Shown: piece after piece, positions 10,427-15,601 of the stretch
How the letters are laid out: each line of letters starts with the position of its first letter
How positions within the stretch are numbered: the stretch's first letter is position 1
DNA from: Bacteroidota bacterium
GTDB taxonomy: Bacteria; Bacteroidota; Bacteroidia; 2-12-FULL-35-15
Assembly: GCA_026391935.1 (NCBI GenBank)
Contig: JAPLDC010000097.1
Coordinates: 9,513 to 43,447, forward strand
DNA: 33,935 nt
Reading direction: 5' to 3'
Position numbers and translations under genes: made by a program
The notes under the pieces: model-generated
Told to the model about the DNA's origin: nothing
What the model saw: the letters and a program-made list of their open reading frames with translations, nothing else
Database searches by the model: none

Positions 10427-10454
10427 AATAAAATCAATAGTTTTGGAACTATTG
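10427..10454 (-). terminator. Probable rho-independent terminator overlapping the DUF3109 stop codon
   Basis: Perfect 8-bp stem CAATAGTT (10435..10442) pairs with AACTATTG (10447..10454), loop TTGG. On the minus strand it is followed by ATTTTATT. The stem is AT-rich, so strength is moderate. Confidence 0.45.
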
Positions 10455-11015
10455 GTTTCTCATTTTGGCAGCCATTTCCAATTGTTTATACCAGCCCTTA
10501 CCGTATTTACGTATTAATGGTTCTTTCAAAAATTTATATACAGGCACATCTAATTTTGCACCACACTCACAAGCCGGCTTACAAATGTCCCATTTACTGT
10601 AGTTCACCGCTTCATAATCCTTGTATTTGCTGATGCGTACAGGATATAAATGGCAAGAAATTGGTTTTTTCCATTTGATCTTACCATCATAGAATGCTTG
10701 TTCTATACCACATTTAGCGATTCCATCATCAAAAATTGTGAATGCGCAATGTTTCCCTTTTACTAATGGGGTAGTATAATCATTGTCGCTGTCGATCACG
10801 AAAACACCTTGTTTTTCAATAGCCTTCACGCCATCTTTTGGTAGATAAGCTTTTACTTCATCCCAGATATCTTCAAGAATAGCAATTTCTTCTTCTTCCA
10901 AGGGAGCGCCTGAATCTCCCGCCACACAACATTCTCCTTTACAAGCGTTAAGGTCGCAAACAAATTTTTTCTCTAATAAGTGTTCCGAAACGATTGTGTT
11001 GTCGATTGCTATCAT
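10449..11015 (-). CDS. DUF3109 family cysteine-rich protein
   Basis: The N-terminus MIAIDNTIVSEHLLEKKFVCDLNACKGECCVAGDSGAPLEEEE matches my memory of the conserved Bacteroidota DUF3109 opening (CDLxxCKGxCCxxGDxGAPL). Additional Cys clusters lie near the C-terminus. Confidence 0.75.
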   Translation of the reverse strand: MIAIDNTIVSEHLLEKKFVCDLNACKGECCVAGDSGAPLEEEEIAILEDIWDEVKAYLPKDGVKAIEKQGVFVIDSDNDYTTPLVKGKHCAFTIFDDGIAKCGIEQAFYDGKIKWKKPISCHLYPVRISKYKDYEAVNYSKWDICKPACECGAKLDVPVYKFLKEPLIRKYGKGWYKQLEMAAKMRNQ

Positions 11016-11020
11016 TACTT

Positions 11021-11145
11021 GATGTATCTATTAATTATTGTGCAAATGTACCAAAAATTGATGTACCGATGTGTGTATGTACCAATGTGCAGATTGAGTG
11101 TTGTTGTATATCGATACATCTGCATATCCCACATCGGTACATCAA
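11021..11145. promoter_or_regulatory. Array of six (N)ATGTA(C/T)C motifs including a 16-bp perfect inverted repeat, in the DUF3109/glyQS divergent spacer
   Basis: Direct copies at 11021..11028 (GATGTATC), 11045..11052 (AATGTACC), 11060..11067 (GATGTACC) and 11076..11083 (TATGTACC). Inverted copies at 11113..11120 (GATACATC) and 11136..11143 (GGTACATC). Perfect inverted repeat: TTGATGTACCGATGTG (11058..11073) pairs with CACATCGGTACATCAA (11130..11145). Nested 7-bp inverted repeat: TGCAGAT (11088..11094) pairs with ATCTGCA (11118..11124). Confidence 0.55.
11043..11050 (-). promoter_or_regulatory. Possible -7 box (TACATTTG) for the DUF3109 gene
   Basis: Minus strand reads TACATTTG 28 nt upstream of the ATG at 11015. 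It overlaps one ATGTACC motif copy. No -33 TTTG at proper spacing. Confidence 0.3.
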
Positions 11146-11170
11146 ATTATTTTCTAATTTTACACCCATT

Positions 11171-12715
11171 ATGGCAAATCAAGAAGACATTTTTAAAAAC
11201 ATTATTTCCCATTCCAAGGAGTATGGGTTTATTTTTCAGAGTTCCGAGATCTATGATGGCTTAAGCGCGGTATACGATTACGGACAAATGGGTGCTGAGT
11301 TAAAAAAGAACTTGCGAGAATATTGGTGGAAGGCAATGGTGCAAATGCACGAAAATATTGTTGGTATTGATGCCGCAATTTTTATGCATCCGACTACATG
11401 GAAAGCTTCCGGACACATTGATGCTTTTAACGACCCATTGATCGATAATAAAGATAGTAAGAAACGATATCGTGCAGATGTGTTGATAGAGGATCATGTA
11501 GCGAAAATCGAAGGAAAAATTCAAAAGGAAATTGATAAAGCAAAAGAACGTTTTGGAGAATCTTTCAATGAAGAAACTTTTAGAGCTACCAATGCTCGTG
11601 TACTGGAAAATCAAGCGAAAGCAGACTCCATACTTTCTAAATTCAAAGATGCGCTAGAGAAAAATGATCTTGAAGCGGTTCGTCAGATCATTGTCGATTG
11701 CGAAATTGTTTGTCCGATCTCCGGTTCAAAAAACTGGACAGAAGTTCGTCAGTTCAATTTGATGTTCAGCACATCCATGGGTGCCGTAAGTGAAGAGTCA
11801 AACACCATCTATTTACGTCCGGAAACGGCTCAGGGTATTTTTGTGAATTTTTTGAATGTTCAAAAATCAGGAAGAATGAAAATTCCTTTTGGGATTGCTC
11901 AAACAGGAAAAGCGTTTCGTAATGAGATCGTTGCGCGTCAATTTATTTTCCGTATGCGTGAATTCGAACAAATGGAAATGCAATTTTTCGTTCGTCCGGG
12001 TACAGAAATGGAATGGTACCATCATTGGAAAGCAGCACGCATGAAATGGCATAATTCATTGGGCTTTGGTGCAGAAAATTACCGTTTTCACGATCATATT
12101 AAATTGGCACATTATGCAAATGCAGCATGTGATATAGAATTTAATTTTCCTTTCGGATTTAAAGAGTTAGAAGGAATTCATTCGCGTACCGATTTCGATT
12201 TGAAAGCCCACGAACAGCATTCAGGAAAAAAATTACAATATTTTGATCCTGAATTAAATCAGAATTATGTTCCGTATGTTGTAGAAACATCTGTCGGATT
12301 GGATCGTTTGTTTTTAGCGGTTATGTCGAAAGCGTATATCGAAGAAAAACTCGAAGATGGGACTATCCGTACAGCACTTAATCTTCCTGCATTTTTAGCA
12401 CCAATCAAAGTGGCTATTCTGCCTTTATTAAAGAAGGATGGTTTGCCTGAAAAAGCACGTGAGATCATGGATCTTTTGAAGTTTGATCATGCAACAACCT
12501 ATGACGAAAAGGATACGATCGGAAAACGATACCGCAGACAAGATGCTATTGGTACACCTTTTTGTATCACTGTTGATCATCAGTCATTAGAAGACAATAC
12601 AGTTACTATCCGTTATCGGGATACGATGGCACAAGACCGAGTAAGTATTGATGTACTTGCTAAAATTGTGGACGATAAAGTGAGTTTTAAAAATGCATTG
12701 CAGGGGTTGGGTTAG
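11171..12715 (+). CDS. glyQS: Glycine--tRNA ligase (homodimeric class II GlyRS)
   Basis: Track ORF 10994..12715 trimmed to the ATG at 11171 (MANQEDIFKNIISHSKEYGFIFQSSEIYDGLSAVYDYGQMGAELKKN, a typical GlyRS N-terminus). Class II motif 2 is present (GKAFRNEIVARQFIFRMREFEQMEMQFF). The anticodon-binding C-terminal domain is present (IGKRYRRQDAIGTPFCITVD). Confidence 0.95.
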   Translation: MANQEDIFKNIISHSKEYGFIFQSSEIYDGLSAVYDYGQMGAELKKNLREYWWKAMVQMHENIVGIDAAIFMHPTTWKASGHIDAFNDPLIDNKDSKKRYRADVLIEDHVAKIEGKIQKEIDKAKERFGESFNEETFRATNARVLENQAKADSILSKFKDALEKNDLEAVRQIIVDCEIVCPISGSKNWTEVRQFNLMFSTSMGAVSEESNTIYLRPETAQGIFVNFLNVQKSGRMKIPFGIAQTGKAFRNEIVARQFIFRMREFEQMEMQFFVRPGTEMEWYHHWKAARMKWHNSLGFGAENYRFHDHIKLAHYANAACDIEFNFPFGFKELEGIHSRTDFDLKAHEQHSGKKLQYFDPELNQNYVPYVVETSVGLDRLFLAVMSKAYIEEKLEDGTIRTALNLPAFLAPIKVAILPLLKKDGLPEKAREIMDLLKFDHATTYDEKDTIGKRYRRQDAIGTPFCITVDHQSLEDNTVTIRYRDTMAQDRVSIDVLAKIVDDKVSFKNALQGLG

Positions 12716-12741
12716 TTCAGAATTTCTTTACATAATAACAG

Positions 12742-12775
12742 AAACCCCGCTTCGATAAATCGTTGCGGGGTTTTC
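12742..12775 (+). terminator. Rho-independent terminator of glyQS
   Basis: Stem AAACCCCGC (12742..12750) pairs with GCGGGGTTT (12765..12773), running into TTTTCT. It lies 27 nt after the glyQS stop. Confidence 0.8.
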
Positions 12776-12940
12776 TGCCTCTAAACTAAATGAATTGATT
12801 AACCAATCAAATCACAAACGAACCCAGGTAAAATTGGGTTTGACATTCAGATGTGGTTTCAGGCTCTCTTTCCTTCTGCCTCATCCTTCTGTCTGTAAAC
12901 AATCCTGCTCTCTAATTCAGGATCAAAATTTTTTTAAATA

Positions 12941-13051
12941 TTACTTTAATGCGATAATTTTTTTAATATTAATCCAGATCGCCGAGCGCACTCCGGATTC
13001 ATAACTTTCAAGAATATCTTTAAATACTTTTTCTATGCTTTCTTTTTTCAT
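12941..13051 (-). CDS. 36-aa mini-ORF resembling only the N-terminal cytoplasmic segment of Bacteroidota anti-sigma-like proteins (possible remnant)
   Basis: ATG at 13051, 11 nt after the PorP/SprF stop; TAA at 12943..12941. Product: MKKESIEKVFKDILESYESGVRSAIWINIKKIIALK. The pattern (F/V)K(D/E)xLxxY...SG..W..(I/M) parallels the N-terminus of the 14156..14875 product (VKENLSNYDAKYDSGDWARM). No TM segment or C-terminal domain follows. Below the track length cutoff. Confidence 0.25.
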   Translation of the reverse strand: MKKESIEKVFKDILESYESGVRSAIWINIKKIIALK

Positions 13052-13062
13052 TTACAGAGTTC

Positions 13063-14016
13063 TTAGAAACTTGGGCAAGTGCTAGGACGATATTTTGGTT
13101 TTGGTTTCTTACAAAAGAAATTCATTCCGATTGATATCTCGTGTGAGCCTGCTGAGGCATTTGTTAATTTAGACACCGTTACATCATAACTATATCCTAC
13201 TTTAAAAACTCCATGCTGAACGCCGATCAATACAATAATCGCATCATTGTTACGGTACCAAAATCCGCCAACCAAGGCCCCTTTTGTAACATAAACTCCT
13301 AAATTCAACTGTTGGAAATCTTGTTGTTGTTGGTATAAAATATTGGGGGAAATAGATGTTTCATTGCTTTTTGGTCCGATTGGAATCGTAGCACCTGCAT
13401 GACCTGTAAATTTCACCGGTAATTTACTTGTTCCCAGCAAACCTTCATCAGGTTGAGTTAAATGATGTGCGGCAAAACCAATAAATACATATTTGCTGAA
13501 AGCGACTGCTCCGGCAGAAAAATCGACAAATGACCTTTTAGATAAATGTTGTGTTTCCTCTGTATTGTATACAAAACCTCTGCGTTCATCCACCATGTCT
13601 CCAAAAGTTAGTTTACTCCAGTCGATGGATTTTTGTCCGTAAGTAGCCTGTAAACCTGCATTAATTGAAAAATTCCGGTTGATCTGTATCTGTTTGGAAT
13701 AGATCGCGCTGATATTGGTTGTCTTCAAGGTTCCTTGTCCGGCATTATCATTTGTAACCAAAAAACCGATACCACTTTTTATTCCGAATACATACCTGTC
13801 AATAGAAGCGCTTGTTGTAACGTATGTCCCAGAAATGGCAGGCCATTGATTTCTATAATTGAGACAAACGCGTGGGCAAATGTTTGAGCCTGCGAGAGCG
13901 GGGTTAAGATACAATGGATTGGCATAAAATTGTGTGAACTCAGGGTCTTGAGCCTTTGCAGATTTATAAGTGATCAAACCTATTGATAACAGTATAATAG
14001 CGTAGATTTTTTTCAT
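13063..14016 (-). CDS. PorP/SprF family type IX secretion system membrane protein
   Basis: Signal peptide MKKIYAIILLSIGLITYKSAKAQ followed by the family hallmark DPEFTQFYANPLYLNPALAG. Beta-barrel-like remainder of ~300 aa. The ATG at 14016 is preferred to the TTG at 14022. Confidence 0.85.
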   Translation of the reverse strand: MKKIYAIILLSIGLITYKSAKAQDPEFTQFYANPLYLNPALAGSNICPRVCLNYRNQWPAISGTYVTTSASIDRYVFGIKSGIGFLVTNDNAGQGTLKTTNISAIYSKQIQINRNFSINAGLQATYGQKSIDWSKLTFGDMVDERRGFVYNTEETQHLSKRSFVDFSAGAVAFSKYVFIGFAAHHLTQPDEGLLGTSKLPVKFTGHAGATIPIGPKSNETSISPNILYQQQQDFQQLNLGVYVTKGALVGGFWYRNNDAIIVLIGVQHGVFKVGYSYDVTVSKLTNASAGSHEISIGMNFFCKKPKPKYRPSTCPSF

Positions 14017-14046
14017 GGACAACGATTTTGTGTCGTTTATATCCTA

Positions 14047-14074
14047 TAGACGAGCAATGATTCGAAGGGTTGCC
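14047..14074 (-). promoter_or_regulatory. Putative ECF-type promoter (GGCAAC-N16-CGTCTA) upstream of the PorP/SprF gene
   Basis: Minus strand: GGCAAC (14074..14069), 16-nt spacer, CGTCTA (14052..14047). It lies ~30 nt upstream of the ATG at 14016 and is near-identical to the element at 15478..15505 (23 of 29 positions, same spacing). Confidence 0.55.
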
Positions 14075-14090
14075 TAAAAACTTTAAAAAT

Positions 14091-14125
14091 AAAAAAATCC
14101 CGCTGTTAAATTTTAACAGCGGGAT
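14091..14125 (-). terminator. Rho-independent terminator of the sigma/anti-sigma unit
   Basis: 12-bp stem ATCCCGCTGTTA (14097..14108) pairs with TAACAGCGGGAT (14114..14125). On the minus strand it is followed by a T-run (plus-strand A-run 14091..14096). It lies 31 nt below the stop at 14156. Confidence 0.8.
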
Positions 14126-14155
14126 AGTTATTGGAGATGTTGTTTTTTTCTGATT

Positions 14156-14875
14156 TTATTTTTGCAGCGTGTCTTTCAGCATTAATTCTTTTTGTTTCCG
14201 GATACTATCAGCGTTCAGGTTAAACAGTCCGTTCCATCCGATATTGCTCGACCGTTTTGATTTTGCAGCCTTTTTGGTACTATCTTTTTCTTTGGTTTTG
14301 TGAATGATACCTTTTGACGAATCGATCATATCACCAAAGATGGGTTCATTTCCCATCACAATGACTTTTTGATTTTTTGAAGATTCGGTATTTGATTTTG
14401 TTGATTTTTGTTTCTTTTCCTGATCATTTTTTATTTTTTCAGTTGCAACTTTTTCCTTATTTTCAACTGCTGTAACTGCATTTTTTACATCAGGCACTTT
14501 TGGTTTAACTTCCGGACTAATTATCTTTTGTTCATTAACAGCTGGCGTAACAGGTGAAGTAGTCTTAACAACAACAGGGGCAGGTTGTAATGTTTTGGTT
14601 TTATTTTCAGTAGGAGTAATTGTAGTTTCTGCTGGCTTATCAATGCTCGTTTTTGAAGTATTTATTCCCTTATAAATAAAAAATCCTCCCACTAAAACTG
14701 CTGCTCCAATAAAAATGGCGATATTATACGAACCTTTAGCAACACTAGATTTAGGTGCCGCATCTAACATTCGCTCCATACGGGCCCAATCACCGGAATC
14801 ATACTTAGCGTCATAATTGCTTAAGTTTTCTTTAACGGTTTCATCAAGTTTGTTAGGAGTAGTATTATTTTCCAT
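14156..14875 (-). CDS. Putative single-pass membrane anti-sigma factor (non-ZAS) with Lys/Thr/Pro/Glu-rich extracytoplasmic tail
   Basis: The start ATG overlaps the ECF sigma stop by 11 nt (14865..14875), suggesting translational coupling. A ~50-aa N-terminal segment is followed by one TM helix (IAIFIGAAVLVGGFFIY) and then a low-complexity tail. No HxxxCxxC zinc motif. Function is inferred from context only. Confidence 0.6.
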   Translation of the reverse strand: MENNTTPNKLDETVKENLSNYDAKYDSGDWARMERMLDAAPKSSVAKGSYNIAIFIGAAVLVGGFFIYKGINTSKTSIDKPAETTITPTENKTKTLQPAPVVVKTTSPVTPAVNEQKIISPEVKPKVPDVKNAVTAVENKEKVATEKIKNDQEKKQKSTKSNTESSKNQKVIVMGNEPIFGDMIDSSKGIIHKTKEKDSTKKAAKSKRSSNIGWNGLFNLNADSIRKQKELMLKDTLQK

Positions 14876-15431
14876 TTACAATTGGTTTAATATGAAGCAT
14901 CAGATTTTTTCTCAAATTAAATTTTGCTTTTGATAGATTTGATTTAGAAGTCCCTTCACTAATATCAAGCATTTCAGCAATTTCTTTATGTGTGTATTCT
15001 TCTATAACAAATAAGTTAAAAACGGTTCTGTAAGCGGGAGTCAACTCCTGTACAGCTCTCAAAATATCTTCTTTCCCAATGTGAAGAGCCAGTTCGTCAT
15101 CACTTATTTCATCTGCTACATTTCCTGCTTTTTCATTCGCATACACAGTACTTACAATCAAGTAGTTCTGTTTGTTTTTTCTCAGATGATCAATAGCTGT
15201 ATTCACCATTATTCTTCTAATCCAACCTTCAAACGAGCCGGTTGCCTTAAAATTCTTAAGGCTGTCAAACACTTTCATAAATCCTTCGTGGAGTGCGTCT
15301 TTAGCTTCGTCACTACTTTTTGAGTAGCGTAAACAAACTCCTAACATCTTACTGTAAAATTGCTCGTACAAGGCTTTCTGACTTGCACGATCATTTTTTA
15401 AACAACCTTTAATGATGTCGGTTTCATTCAT
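14865..15431 (-). CDS. RNA polymerase ECF-type sigma-70 factor
   Basis: Region 2 (ALYEQFYSKMLGVCLRYSKSSDEAKDALHEGFMKVF...FEGWIRRIMVNTAIDHLRK) and region 4 HTH (YRTVFNLFVIEEYTHKEIAEMLDISEGTSKSNLSKAKFNLRK) are present. Track GTG start at 15461 trimmed to the ATG at 15431 (MNETDIIKGCLKND...), which leaves room for a 5' UTR after the putative promoter. Confidence 0.9.
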   Translation of the reverse strand: MNETDIIKGCLKNDRASQKALYEQFYSKMLGVCLRYSKSSDEAKDALHEGFMKVFDSLKNFKATGSFEGWIRRIMVNTAIDHLRKNKQNYLIVSTVYANEKAGNVADEISDDELALHIGKEDILRAVQELTPAYRTVFNLFVIEEYTHKEIAEMLDISEGTSKSNLSKAKFNLRKNLMLHIKPIVNGK

Positions 15432-15477
15432 ATATAAAGCGCTTTCAATAGCTAAAGACACCTCTCTTCTACGAGGG

Positions 15478-15505
15478 TAGACGCAAAAGGTTTTGAAGGG
15501 TTGCC
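15478..15505 (-). promoter_or_regulatory. Putative autoregulated ECF-type promoter (GGCAAC-N16-CGTCTA) upstream of the ECF sigma gene
   Basis: Minus strand: GGCAAC (15505..15500), 16-nt spacer, CGTCTA (15483..15478). It lies ~45 nt upstream of the ATG at 15431. The AAC...CGT architecture is typical of ECF promoters. Duplicated at 14047..14074. Confidence 0.6.
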
Positions 15506-15601
15506 TGTCAGCTAAAAATATTTTCTAAGCAAAATAAATGCGGTGCCTTAAAAACTTTCCAAATCATCCTGAATTGTTTTTAAGTAGTTGGGCTTTAATT
15601 G

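Noticed and set aside
10045-10448. Cobalamin riboswitch or NrdR operator upstream of nrdB
   Set aside because: I found no B12-box-like GCCACTG core and no paired 16-bp NrdR-type palindromes. This rests on visual inspection only, so a covariance-model scan would be decisive.
11021-11145. CRISPR-like array
   Set aside because: The repeats are only 8-13 nt, irregularly spaced and in mixed orientation. No cas genes are present in the window.
10994-11170. Cys-rich 59-aa N-terminal extension of the glyQS track ORF (MCCRLLSLLDVSINYCANVPKIDVPMCVCTNVQIECCC...)
   Set aside because: It is the translation of the ATGTACC/TGTG repeat array and overlaps the divergent DUF3109 start. The conserved GlyRS N-terminus begins at the ATG at 11171.
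11016-11170. T-box riboswitch upstream of glyQS
   Set aside because: No T-box consensus (…GGGTGGTACCGCG…) and no specifier-loop architecture. Only GGTAC fragments that belong to the ATGTACC repeats.
12989-12999. 11-mer CACTCCGGATT shared with the REP-like element (9031..9041), suggesting a third repeat copy
   Set aside because: By rough estimate, hundreds of shared 11-mers are expected by chance between two strands of a 34-kb window. No hairpin modules flank this copy.
12795-13004. 69-aa plus-strand track ORF in the glyQS/PorP spacer
   Set aside because: It has an alternative start codon and a low-complexity product, spans hairpins and the pyrimidine-rich run, and overlaps the minus-strand mini-ORF. 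It has no coding-like features.
15511-15530. Possible terminator hairpin after the M16-like gene (GCTAAAAATATTTTCTAAGC)
   Set aside because: Only 3 terminal base pairs plus an AT palindrome with an inadequate loop. It is not convincing as a terminator.
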